DNA of 64,000 bases, taken from the NCBI GenBank assembly GCA_002269645.1, contig NIVC01001442.1, positions 122,323 to 186,322 on the forward strand, written 5' to 3'. This DNA comes from Macrostomum lignano. Taxonomy: Eukaryota. Shown one piece after another: positions 51,529 through 63,664 of the stretch. Every line of letters starts with the position of its first letter. Positions within the stretch are counted from its first letter, which is position 1. Below the pieces are notes generated by a model that was not told where the DNA came from, ran no database searches, and was given only the letters and a program-made list of their open reading frames with translations. A program made the position numbers and the translations under genes.

Positions 51529-52079
51529 TTTTGATTCACACTGGTGTATCAGTTTTGATTCACACTGGTGTATCAGTTTTGGTTCAGACTGGTGTATCAG
51601 TTTTTATTCACACTGGTGTATCAGTTTTTATTCACACTGGTGTATCAGTTTTTATTCAGACTGGTGTATCAGTTTTGATTCACACTGGTGTATCAGTTTT
51701 GATTCACACTGGTGTATCAGTTTTGATTCACACTGGTGTATCAGTTTTGATTCACACTGGTGTATCAGTTTTGATTCAGACTGGTGTATCAGTTTTGATT
51801 CACACTGGTGTATCAGTTTTTATTGAGACTGGTGTATCAGTTTTGATTCACACTGGTGTATCAGTTTTGATTCAGACTGGTGTATCAGTTTTGATTCACA
51901 CTGGTGTATCAGTTTTTATTCAGACTGGTTTATCAGTTTTGATTCAGACTGGTGTATCAGTTTTTATTCACACTGGTGTATCAGTTTTGATTCACACTGG
52001 TGTATCAGTTTTGATTCAGACTGGTTTATCAGTTTTGATTCAGACTGGTGTATCAGTTTTGATTCACACTGGTGTATCA
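51529..52079. repeat. 24-bp intronic VNTR (~23 units), AK intron 5
   Basis: Same unit. Confidence 0.95.
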
Positions 52080-52394
52080 TTTAGTACAAAGTTGATGTAC
52101 TTACAAATTAGGGTTTGTACTCGAGTTGTTGATAAGCCTGATGTAATTACTTGTTACTGATGGGTTAGTCTTGATAAAGAGCATGCAGATGAAGCATATT
52201 TTTACGGTTTCTGAACCGTTTAAGTATAATCTTTTAAGCAGTCCCTTCTGAGCTAGTTGGGTATGAGTTTTTGGTTAGCGTGCAACTGAGCAGAAGGGGA
52301 CACATGTGGTTTTACGGCGCTGTAGTACGTATTTTGTGGTGCTGCAAAAGGGTGTAACAGCATTGGATTAAGTGAAGCAAATTACTGTTTTCAG

Positions 52395-53302
52395 GCGTGG
52401 AGAACCCCGACTCCGGAGTGGGTGTCTACGCTCCCGACGCCGAGGCGTACACGGTGTTCGCCGACCTGTTCGACCCGATCATCGAGGAGTACCATGGAGG
52501 CTTCAAGCGGACTGACAGGCACCCGCCGTGCACGCTGGGCGACCCGAACCAGTTCGGCGACGTGGACCCGGAGGGAAAGTACGTCGTATCGACCCGAATC
52601 CGGTGCGGCAGGTCGGTGAAGCAGTTCCCGTTCAACCCGAACATGACGGAGGAGCACTACAAGCAGCTGGAGGAGCTCGTGTCGGGCACGCTGAAGGACA
52701 TGTCGGGCGAGCTGAAGGGCACGTATTACCCACTGACCGGGATGACCAAGGAGGTGCAGCAGCAGCTGATTGACGACCACTTTTTGTTCAAGGAGGGCGA
52801 CCGGTTCCTGCAGAAGGCGAACGCGTGCCGCTACTGGCCGACGGGTCGCGGCATCTACCACAACGACAGCAAGACGTTCCTGGTGTGGGTCGGCGAGGAG
52901 GACCACATGCGTATAATCTCGATGCAGAAGGGAGGCTGCATCCGGGAGGTCTACGGCCGGCTGGTGAACGCGGTGAACGAGATCGAGAAGCGGATGGCGT
53001 TCAGCCACGACGAGCGTCTCGGCTTCCTGACCTTCTGCCCGACGAACCTGGGCACCACGATCCGCGCCTCGGTGCACATCAAGCTGCCCAAGCTGGCCGC
53101 TGGAGGCCAGGAAGCTCTGCAGCGCGTGGCCGACCGGTTCCAGCTGCAGGTGCGCGGCTCAGCCGGTGAGCACTCCGAGGCTGTCGGCGGACTCTACGAC
53201 ATCTCCAACAAGGAGCGCATGGGTCTCACCGAGTTCGATGCTGTCAGCAAGATGAACCACGGCATCGCCGAGCTGATCAAGATGGAGAAGGAGCTGGAGT
53301 AG
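52395..53302 (+). CDS. AK: Arginine kinase terminal exon (catalytic region of domain 6, ends [10 protein letters not shown])
   Basis: Same acceptor; identical to the cassettes until the last ~9 codons; TAG at 53300-53302. Confidence 0.96.
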
Positions 53303-54555
53303 GAACCTTTTTTGAGTTTTTCACTCTGGACTTTATTCTTGTCTTGTCCCCTCGTATTGTAACTTTTTGTGAGAATCTAACCATATCTTTTCTATTCACC
53401 CATACGCTCGTAGCTTTAGGCACTGTTTTAAAGACTTGTTGCTTCTTTCCTTTTCACGGCATGCGTTCATTGTTTAGTTCAGTTTATTGAAGACAATCTT
53501 ATTTTTCTTGCGGTTTCTTTTTTGGCTGCTTATTAAGGCGCTATTCTGTCTTTTTGAGTACATTTGACTGAGAGTTTGAGTATTGTTTTTCGGTAATGCC
53601 TTTTTTTAAAAACAACTGTTAGGAAAGCCTAGAGAGCATAGTTTTTTGTAAGGATTAGATCTGAGCACCTTGCAGCACTACCTGATACCACAGTCCTTAC
53701 GGATGTTTAGCTTGCGCTATTTTCAGTTTTTGCCTTTGTTTTTGAGTTTCAGATCCTGTTTTGCTTTTTATGCCTTATGTGCCGTGTTTTTTTGTTTGAG
53801 TGCACCTCTAAAAATTCGAATGCCCCTATAGGAAACCTTTTGAATAATTATAGTTAAAAATAAATATATATATATCGATTGTGACGCATATTCTCCGGTT
53901 ATTACTGCGTTTAGGCTATCCCAAAAAAATTCTTTGCGAGTTTTTCGTCCCTTTAGTCGTAAAGAAGTACAATCTTCTGTAGGAGCGTTGCTTGGTTTCT
54001 TGTCTTACTGACTGTTATTATGAAATGTACATATCTATGGCAACAATTGCTAGCTACGTACGTCAGCCTACGGAAAGTTTGCATTCTCCGCTATCCATGT
54101 CTATCCATCTCGTTGGTTTGTCTATGGTAGCAGAGTTACGCTACTGATTATCACCGCTTATTTAACACTGGGGGAATAGACTAGGCGCACAGTACAGGCA
54201 AAGTGTATTACATGCTCGAAAATTTGACTTAAAATATGGTGCTACCGTCGCAGCTCAATCTATTCGCTAGACAACGACACATGAGTACATATACGCTCGT
54301 ATGCGCGGGCTTACGAGTACGCAAATTGAGTAGGAGCGCAAACTCTGGTAGCAGGGTAGTAGTTGTTGCATGCAGAGTGGGGACTTCACGCATCATGCAG
54401 CAGCAGCCAATGTACATAACGTATTGGTGTTGCTGTGGCCTGTACATGTACATGTAGTCTTACCGACACGACAGTAATGAATCCGCAAACCAATTAGACA
54501 TTTTCTTATTTAAAGCTGGACAAGTATTTTAATTTTTCCGGAAGGTCACACACAC

Positions 54556-54890
54556 TAGAATAAGTAGATGGGGCCACTTTGCAAAACAGCTTTCTACTTT
54601 CAGTTCAGTAGCAATGAAGAATACGTAATCTATTCTATAGGAATAAAGGCAGCTGAGATGACTTTGATAAGTTTAGAAGCCCAGCTTGCAGGCGTAAACA
54701 GCTTGCTAATTGGTTCAGCCATAAATGTACATTAGCCACTGAATTGTAGAGGTAGAAGGAGTTTGAGGGTTTAAGCTTGGGGGGTAAGAGACAGTGAAAT
54801 AAGCCTTGTCTTTAAATAAGAATACTTACTGAACTGAAAGTAGCTTACACGCAAATATGCTGAGTGGTCCATCTAGAATTATATATTCTA
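54556..54890. mobile_element. MITE-like element, copy 2 (inverted relative to 28404-28797)
   Basis: Shared TIR TAGATGG(G/A)CCACT and internal blocks such as GGCAGCTGA(G/A)ATGACTTTGATAAGTTTAGAAGCC. Confidence 0.7.
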
Positions 54891-56098
54891 GTAGTATCCG
54901 TGGGAGATTGATAATGAAAACAGTAGAAAAGTTTTCCGCTAAATAAAAAATGACGACATTATTCTCAAAGTAAAACGCATGTGATGAAGTTGCGGGTAGG
55001 GTAAGCCCAGCTAGCTGTAAATAAAACTTAACCATTACCAACGTATTACGTACCTTTGCCTTTGTAGTACATTTATACAGTATGTTCTTTATGTACTGTC
55101 ATCAGAAATTAAATTTACCATATCAATTACTGAGCAGTTAAGTTCTAGATAAGCATGTAGATCGTATGAAATTCGATCAAAGTGCGTGCTGTAGCCTATA
55201 TTATCATTAAATGCTGTACATGAGTACGTTGCATAAAATGAAAGACATTTGGTTAGGAATTGCTAGGAGCATAATTAACATCAATATTTCGTTTTACAAC
55301 CTCCTGGGGCTGGGTGGTTTTTTATGCATTTTTGTGACTTTTACGCAGCTACAAACATATCTTCGCGCTGCTTATCTGGCGATTATTTAAAAATTACTAT
55401 TTCGCGGAATTTTTTTACTCGATAGTTAAAATTTTACATTAGCTTTGTTTGCACTCATAAACTCAATGTCCCCGACGCCTTTCCTTGCCTTGACGGGATG
55501 GATTGGAACTTTTGAGTAGAAAGACATCATAATATTGGGAATTTTATTTATGCGTTGTAGGTCTTTAATAGCCTAAGTTTAATTGCTCTCAACCGACATG
55601 TAATTCAGTAATTGTAGTTGATAATAGTTCTTTGGCTCAATATAAAAAAATAATAATGACTACAATTAAGCCTTTATATACTACTTAAATCCAACACTAA
55701 TTGGATTTGTATCTCTATATAAAATTATCATTTATCTAATAGAGTGAAAACTTAGCATTTATCTTAATGGGAATGGTCTATTGCCATTGAGTCCTTAGAA
55801 TATATGGCAATGTTTTTATATTTAATTAAATTATTTTGACATAGATTTCTTTTTAGTTGCAATGTCCAATTTCAAAATTTATTTAGGAAAGTATTAGAAA
55901 ATTTTTCCAAAATTTTTTGAAAAATATTGCATCCCGATTGCAAAAAAACTTAAAAAACCTAGTGCTAGCACCAGAAAAAAAACATTTTTCTTTCCTTTTC
56001 AGTTTTAAAAAACAGTTTTTAAAAAAATAAATTTTATGCATCAGGATTCAGGATATTATGGGTGGGCAGGGCCCCATATCCATGGTGGCGCGGCAGAT

Positions 56099-56742
56099 GA
56101 CCAAGATGGCCACATACTAAGATGGCCACAGCTCTAAATGTCTAAATAGATAATAATGAGATTAGGTATATATATTTAACTCCTTTCTTTTTTGGTAATT
56201 AGGAAAAAAGATGTTATAATAGAATTGTATTATAATCATTCCCTTTGTACTTAGGCCTAGCTTTTAGCCTAACCTATAGGGGCCTACCTATTTATCTACT
56301 ACATAAAGCAAATAACCTAGCACAAAATGAATACCCAATGACATCCACATATTTATCTTAATTATTTGCATAGCTAGCATTACCATTAGCAATAGCTTCT
56401 TAATAAACTGATCGTGATAGATTTTATAGATATGATGATAGAGAATAAATTGGCATAAACAATAAAAAAGATTAAAGGTTTTGTATTATAAGTAGGCCTA
56501 ATTATTTTCAAATGGGAATGGTTATTTTATAAATAAATATTTTATAAATTATTATTTATAATTGTATCACTATTTATAAATATTATTGATTAAACAATAA
56601 TATTGTTATATTAAATGTTATATAATATTATTATAACAATACAATATAATATATTATATTGCTAATTAATGATAGATAGAAAGAGAGTAGATATAATAAA
56701 TATTCAATGTTGTGGCCATCTTGGTATGTGGCCATCTTGGTC
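56099..56742. mobile_element. AT-rich segment bounded by 32-bp inverted repeats (probable non-autonomous DNA transposon remnant)
   Basis: GACCAAGATGGCCACATAC(T/C)AAGATGGCCACA at 56099-56130 and its reverse complement at 56711-56742 (1 mismatch). Confidence 0.55.
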
Positions 56743-58182
56743 TTACACTGGTGGCGCAGTGTATAATTATGTGTCGTAGCATGCCATTGCACACCATGGG
56801 ATATTTTCTCTAAACCGTGGTACGCCATGTATGCCAAAATTGGCCCAAAATTTCCCTGTGTACGCCAGAATTTTCTGGGTAAAATGCCATCTTCCTGACT
56901 ATGGTGCTAGAATACAAAATCACTTCCTATTTAACTATATTGCCTATGTATAGCTATAGTATTCCTATTTCACAAAAAAACTAGATTTTGACTCTAAATC
57001 TTAAATAGGCAAACTAAAATAAGTTTAATAAAGTATAAATAAGATATACAGTCTTTCTTTCAAACATAAGTGTGTTTATTATAAAAGCACCTATTTCCTA
57101 AGTATTACTTAGGTAAAATTGATACTAGAAGAAGTCATTTAGATAAGAATGAAAAAGGTCATTAATGGTTTTATACTAGCTATAAAACTGAATGGTTCCT
57201 AAAAATATTTATTGTTATTAGTATTATACAATAATAAAAATTGATCAAAAATGAGTAACTAGACAAAAACTAGACTAGTAAAAATTATTATAAATAATTT
57301 AGATTGAGATATAACTAATAAATACACTTGTTTATGGTAAATAAACTAAAGGCTTAGCAAACTAATTAAGTTTGATTATTTAATTGTTAGTTAATATACC
57401 AGTTTTTTATAGCCATTGTTTATTAATGTTTAATATTATAAAATATTGTCTTTAAATATACCTAAGTCTATACTTTTATATTTTTAAAGTCAAATTTCTT
57501 TATTTGTTTATAAAGTTTATTTAAACTTAATTAATACTATCTTTATTTGATATAAATTTAAATTTAAAATCATTCAATGAGCAAAATGTAGCATTAAAAT
57601 GTGATTTTTTTTCTATTTTTTTAATATTTAGCAAAAGAAATAAGGATGTATATATAGTATATCATAATAGGCATATTTATCTAAAAGAGATATTTTTGAG
57701 TAGGGCTTGCAAATTGAACAAATTTAACAGCTTAAATATAGCAAATTCTTAATATTTATTATTAATATCTTATTACAGACATACATTAGTTTGTTTATAG
57801 AAAATATGACCTAATTTTCATAATTCCACTTGAAATATTTACCAATGGTAAAAATTGCAGCTAATATTAGAATCTTTATTATTTAAGTATAGAAAGTATT
57901 CTTATTATGGCAATATTAGCAGGGAATACCTAGGAAGAGGCAGAGGCAGTTGCCCCCATTTTTGGCAGACAAGAAATGAAAAGAAAGGACAAAGTGCATT
58001 TTTGCCAAAATCAAAGTTCTTCAAGCCTATGGAATTGTTAAAACCCACAGAAAGTTTTTTTTCTATTTTATAATTGACTCAATTATTACCACTTGTAATA
58101 TTGGGCCTGTCACTAAACTAATCTAGAATCAAGTGTAAAATTTTGAATATAATTTACTGTAGCCAGCCAGGGCAAGACTGGC

Positions 58183-61100
58183 ATGTCTTTCATCAGCCGC
58201 ATTCTGAAGCCCTCGACACGCCCTGGTGAGGCAGAAACTGCTGCGGGGTCGCCATCGCTGCTGCCATCTCAGCAGCCGCAGCAGCAGGGCAAGCCAAAGC
58301 AGCTGGCGCAGCGCCGGCCTGTTAGAAGCCAGGCGGTGGAGCCGGCAGACACGCTAAAGATTGTCATCCGCGGCGACAGTAGCGTTGGCAAGTCCTGCCT
58401 GCTGGCGCGCCTGCAGGGTGGCGCCTTCATTGAGGAGTACGCGCCAACTGAGCGCCCGCGCTCCGCTATCATTCGCTGGAAATGCGACTCCAGATCTGCC
58501 ACGCTGCAGGTGTGGGACGCCGTGGACTCCGGGCGGCCCAGGCGGGCTCGGGCGGGTCTGAAACTGGCCAACGACTGCGACAATCGAAGTCCGGGAGGTG
58601 CTGCTTCGGGTGAGAGAGACTGTCTAACATTTAAGAGTGCGGGATGGATCTGGGATTCGCTTTCGAGCAGGTTAGGATCATATCTTGTCCTGTTAAGAGC
58701 TGTCTGTTATGCCGGGATGTTCAGTCCATATCCTTGAATCCCCACAGCTGCTGTCAGCGGCGGCTCAGCCGGCAGCGACGAAGCGGCAGCGGCCGCAGCC
58801 TACGCTGGCTGCCACGGCGTGGTGCTGATGCTGGACATGACGAAGGCCTGGACGATGGCCTACGTAGAGCGGGAGCTGGCCAGGGCGCCGCCGGACCTGC
58901 CGGTGCTGGTTCTGGCCAATCACCGAGACATGGGGCACCACCGGAGCGTCACCGCCGACCAGGCCCGCATGGCCATCCGGGAGAGCGGCCGGCGGCTCGA
59001 GATCACCCGCTACGCCGAGTCCTCCATGCGAAATGGCTACGGGCTGAAGTATGTGCACCGGTTCCTCTGCCTGCCCTACCTCTGCGCTCAGCGACAGCGA
59101 CTATTGCAGCGGCTAGAAGCCAACACCGAGGACAGGACTACCGCTGTGCTGGAGCTGCAGCTCGAAGAGGAGGAGAGTCGCCAGGCCAATGATGGGTGCG
59201 TTTTCTGGCATATCTTTGCTGGGTTGGACGGTGGAGTCTGGGGGATTGGAGTGTCTAGGATGGAGTCTGGAGCGGATTGGAGTGTCTAGGATGGAGTCTG
59301 GGGATTGGAGTGTCTAGGATGGAATCTGGGGGATTGGAGTGTCTAGGATGGAGTCTGGGGGATTGGAGTGTCTAGGATGGAGTCTGGAGCGGATTGGAGT
59401 GTCTAGGATGGAGTCTGGGGGATTGGAGTGTCTAGGATGGAGTCTGGGGGATTGGAGTGTCTAGGATGGAGTCTGGAGCGGATTGGAGTGTCTAGGATGG
59501 AGTCTGGGGGATTGGAGTGTCTAGGATGGAGTCTGGGGGATTGGAGTGTCTAGGATGGAGTCTGGGGGGATTGAAGTGTCTAGGATGGAGTCTGGGGATT
59601 GGAATGTCTAGGATGGAGTCTGGGCGGATTGGAGTGTCTAGAATGGAGTCTGGGGGATTGGAGTGTCTAGGATGGAGTCTGGGGGATTGGAGTGTCTAGG
59701 ATGGAGTCTGGGGATTGGAGTGTCTAGGATGGAGTCTGGGGGATTGGAGTGTCTAGGATGGAGTCTGGGGGATTGGAGTGTCTAGGATGGAGTCTGGGGG
59801 ATTGGAGTGTCTAGGATGGAGTCTGGGGGATTGGAGTGTCTAGGATGGAGTCTGGAGCGGATTGGAGTGTCTAGGATGGAGTCTGGAGCGGATTGGAGTG
59901 TCTAGGATGGAGTCTGGGGGATTGGAGTGTCTAGGATGGAGTCTGGGGGATTGGAGTGTCTAGGATGGAGTCTGGGGGATTGGAGTGTCTAGGATGGAGT
60001 CTGGGGGGATTGAAGTGTCTAGGATGGAGTCTGGGGATTGGAATGTCTAGGATGGAGTCTGGGCGGATTGGAGTGTCTAGAATGGAGTCTGAGGAGGTTT
60101 GGAAGGCGAATTGATTTAACAGGGGTGGGTTTTGGTTAGTTTAAATAAGTGTATTTTGCTATTAGAAAGCTAAACCAAAACGACAGGCTTACAACTGTAT
60201 TTGTTTAATTTATTGTTAGTAGCACGTAACGGACATTATAATCGCTATCTGATATAACAAGAAAAACACGCTGTTAATAACCGTTCTATTTGTTTTGTTT
60301 AATTGCAGGATGGATCACACACGTTCAAAAAAGAAAGAAGACGCATCGAGAATTTCCGATTCCAGGTAAGTAACATCAATTTTATTAAGAATTGATTTTT
60401 TTGTATCTAGCTGGGCTATGGCCTATGGGTACCGAGTATTTGTTTTAAAATTTCAATATAAAGTTGCAATATAAATGCAAATGCATTTTTTAATTCATGT
60501 TTAATTTAAAATTGTTGTTTGAAAATTTCTGAAGCATCTACTTTATATATTTAATATTTCAAAAGGCATACGGCATGCATTTGCGGCTTGTAAAACCTTG
60601 GCCGATATGTATCGAAAACACTTTTCACGCCTACAAAATTTTGCTAGGTATGAGTTTTCTATTGTTAAATTTATAATGAGTTTTTAATGAGCTGTTGTTC
60701 AACATTTTTAAAGAGAAAATCAAAACAAAATCTAAAATACTTAGTTTGTAGAATTTTTTCATTTTTGATTAAAAAAATAAAATCGCAAAAAGTTTTTGTC
60801 AGAAGTGGGATTCGAACCCACGCCCTCAGAAGAGGACTGCGACCTGAACGCAGCGCCTTAGACCGCTCGGCCATCCTGACCTGAGAGAAGAAGGTGCTGC
60901 ATTTCTATTATATAGTTGAGTGTAGGCGTGTTTTCGCGTGTACAGTAGTCGGTATCGATCTGCTTCATAAATCATTGAGCGAAATCAGACGGCTTCCAAT
61001 AAAATTAGCGATGCTATAAAGTGCAGGAGGGCAATATTAAATTAAATATCCTCTACTCTACTCTATCTCCAACTTGACCCAGCCAACAACAGACTTCGGT

Positions 61101-62939
61101 CACCGACGCCGCGCGCTAAGACCCCGTCTCCGCTCAGTCCGCTGCCGTCACAGTCACCTCCCGCTGTTGTCGGTCGATTATCCGCGCCGCCCCCGTCTGA
61201 TTCCCGGCGCCGAGCAGTACCTGATGGAGCTGCGTCGCGCTCAGCTACCCCAGCCTCCGCAGCCGCCTTCGCCGCAATCTCAGCAGCCTCAGCCTCCGCC
61301 TCATCATCAGCCAAAGCTGCCGTCTTCGCCGACGCCGCCGCCGCTGTCGCCGAGCCGACCCGAGCCGGCTGGAGCGGATGATGAAAGGAGCAGCCAGTCC
61401 TCCAGTCAGCGCAGCCCGACTGCTGCTGACGCTGCCGAGGTCGGCGTCGATGCGATCGACGGCGTCGCGAATGCGGATGTCGATGTCGCCGACGATGTCG
61501 ACAGCGATGACGCTTTACCCGGAGCTGTCGTGTCGACCCGCTTTGACGATGTTGCTGAACTGGATGATTCTGCAGTGGCTGCTTTTGCTGCTGATGCCGA
61601 TGCTGTTGATGGCGATGGTGATGAAGCTGAGGATGCTGAGCAGGTAGAGACGGTCGCAGTGCCGCCTGCCCTGCTCCGGTGATTGACTGGGGACCTCTCT
61701 TGGCCAAGTAAGTTTGGAAACGATATATTTAGATAGGAACAATTGCTGACAGAAAGCTTTTGCGTGTTGTGGTCAATATTGAGCCATTTTTGTGTCATCA
61801 TCGCCTTCTGTTTGTGCTCTAGTTAGTTAACTTTGTGTGGGACATTGTTGTCCTCAGGAGGGTCATATTGTATGATCGCTTTGGGTCATCTCTGCCCACC
61901 CACTAGGGGGACTATGAGTCATCACCTCTCCCTAAAAAGGTTCATTTTGAGTTTAAAAAATGATAATTTTGTGTCATTGCTGTCACAAAAAGGGTCATTG
62001 TATGGGTCGTTGGTCATCGCCGTTCTCAGAATGGTCATTGTGTGGGTTATTTCTGTCCCCAGTATGGTCACTGTAAGGGTCATCGCTGTTCTCAGAATGG
62101 TCAAAGTGTGGGTCATCGCTGTCCTCAGAATGGTCATTGTATGGGTCATTGCTGTCCCCAGTATGGTCACTGTAAGGGTCATCGCTGTTCTCAGAATGGT
62201 CATAGTGTGGGTCATCGCTGTCCTCAGAATAGTCATTGCATGGGTCATTGCTGTCCCAAAATGGTCACTGTAAGGGTCATCGCTGTTCTCAGAATGGTCA
62301 TAGTGTGGGTCATTGCTGTCCCAGAATGGTCACTGTAAGGGTCATCGCTGTCTCAGAATGGTCATAGTGTGGGTCATCGCTGTCCTCAGAATGGTCATTG
62401 CATGGGTCATTGCTGTCCCAAATGGTCACTGTAAGGGTCATCGCTGTTCTCAGAATGGTCATAGTGTGGGTCATTGCTGTCCCAGAATGGTCACAGTGTG
62501 CATCATCTCTCTCCAGAAGGGTCACTTTGTAGGTCATCGCTCCCCAAGGCCTATTACGGTCTGTGTGCTGATCGTCTATTGACAGAAGACTCTCTTGTCT
62601 TGATAAGTTCAACATTGGCTCACACTACCAGGTACGAAGACGAGCCGGCAGAGTCTCAGGTTCTGCCCGAGCCGTCAGCTGAGGAGCAAAAGCAGCAGAC
62701 CAAGAAGAAGCGAAAGAGAAGACAAAGCAGCAACAGCAGCAGCAGCCGGTGGAGCCGGAACAGCCCGAGCCTCCGGTCAGGCCGAAGTCAAAGTCAAAAT
62801 CGAAAGTCAAACCAGAAAAGTCGGTCAAGACAAAGTCGGGCAAGCGAGCAATTGCTTCTGAGCAGCAACAGCAGCAGCAGCAGCCGAAAGCAGTTCTGTC
62901 CAAAGAGGAAGAGGAGCTGAGCGGTTTCTAAATGAATAA
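58183..62939 (+). CDS. RABL6: Rab-like protein 6 (RBEL1/PARF); exons 58183-58609, 58748-59195, 60309-60365, ~61093/61154-61678, 62632-~62939
   Basis: KIVIRGD..GKS.L..RLQG..F.EEY.PT, VWD.VD.G, GC.GVV.M.D.TK.WT, LAN.RDMG.HR, RYAESSM.N..GLKY.H.F, followed by a Pro-rich, acidic and Lys-rich tail. Exons 1-3 splice in phase. The exon 4 acceptor is ambiguous and exon 5 needs two 1-nt corrections. Confidence 0.85.
59230..60090. repeat. 28-30-bp minisatellite (GGATTGGAGTGTCTAGGATGGAGTCTGGG) in RABL6 intron 2
   Basis: Direct periodicity. Confidence 0.95.
60797..60880 (-). tRNA. trnL-CAG: tRNA-Leu (anticodon CAG), 84 nt
   Basis: GTCAGGATGGCCGAGCGGTCTAAGGCGCTGCGTTCAGGTCGCAG...GGTTCGAATCCCACTTCTGACA; A and B boxes, long variable arm, T5 terminator at 60791-60787. 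Confidence 0.97.
61985..62500. repeat. Degenerate ~33-39-bp minisatellite (GGTCATCGCTGTTCTCAGAATGGTCATAGTGTG) in RABL6 intron 4
   Basis: Recurrent GGTCAT motifs. Confidence 0.88.
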
Positions 62940-63664
62940 AACCTCAGCGTCAGCAAGCCATTTCAGTTGACCAAAGAGATGCATGGATTTCAACAGTGAT
63001 CGATTTTCTTGTCTCTCCCCCTCTCTCTGTTCCGCTCTGCTTTTTGCATTTCTTCAACTCGAATTGTGAGCGCAATGAGCCATCGATTCAATCCATTTGC
63101 CTACCGTATTGTGGTCAACGATTTGTTAAAGTTAGTCTGTCCCAGCATTCTATACTACTGATAAGGTCTGCGTATTAGTAGTGACACGCGGTTGCGGTAT
63201 TTTAGCCTGGTGTTTCCTATAATTGATTATCTTATTGATTGTTTTCTGTTGAATTTCGCTCTATCCGAATCTGGAAAATATTTTTCTGTCTCTTGATTGA
63301 TGATAGTATTGATCACAAAACTAGTTTGATTCCTCACCTGCCGCCTGATGCCAATTAGTGTCTATCTTCATGCCAGCAGGCACTTGCTTTCTGTCAGTGT
63401 CTGTCAATCTGTGTCTGTCTTGACTGTTGTCTCTGAGATTCGCCTTTCGCGCTGGACTTTGTAAACGCGTTTACAGAAATTGAAAAAAAACTAATTATCT
63501 TCCTTCTGCCTGTTGTCGGCTAGCTAATCTTTCTAATATTATATAAAGTCATATTCATATTTTGTGTCTTTTGTCTGAATCTTATGCTTTGATTTTGTTT
63601 CTGTGCTTTTTTAATGCATGCAGGGTTATTATGGATATTATGGATACTGTTGACAAGCAGACAG

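Noticed and set aside
41670-52160. IHTGVSVL-repeat proteins
   Set aside because: Translations of a stop-free 24-bp intronic VNTR; the +1 shift in intron 4 shows no frame constraint.
40292-53077. Antisense 228-243-aa ORFs over each AK cassette (also over GILT and ELOVL)
   Set aside because: Shadow ORFs expected opposite GC3-rich coding sequence; no motifs.
40341-53302. Six separate tandem arginine kinase genes
   Set aside because: Cassettes 2-6 have no ATG or promoter-like region of their own; the track's 'M' is a GTG immediately after a splice acceptor. Each internal cassette ends in a donor after the N-terminus of the next domain, and only the last has a proper C-terminal stop.
60671-60884. 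67-aa and 65-aa ORFs
   Set aside because: They overlap the tRNA-Leu gene.
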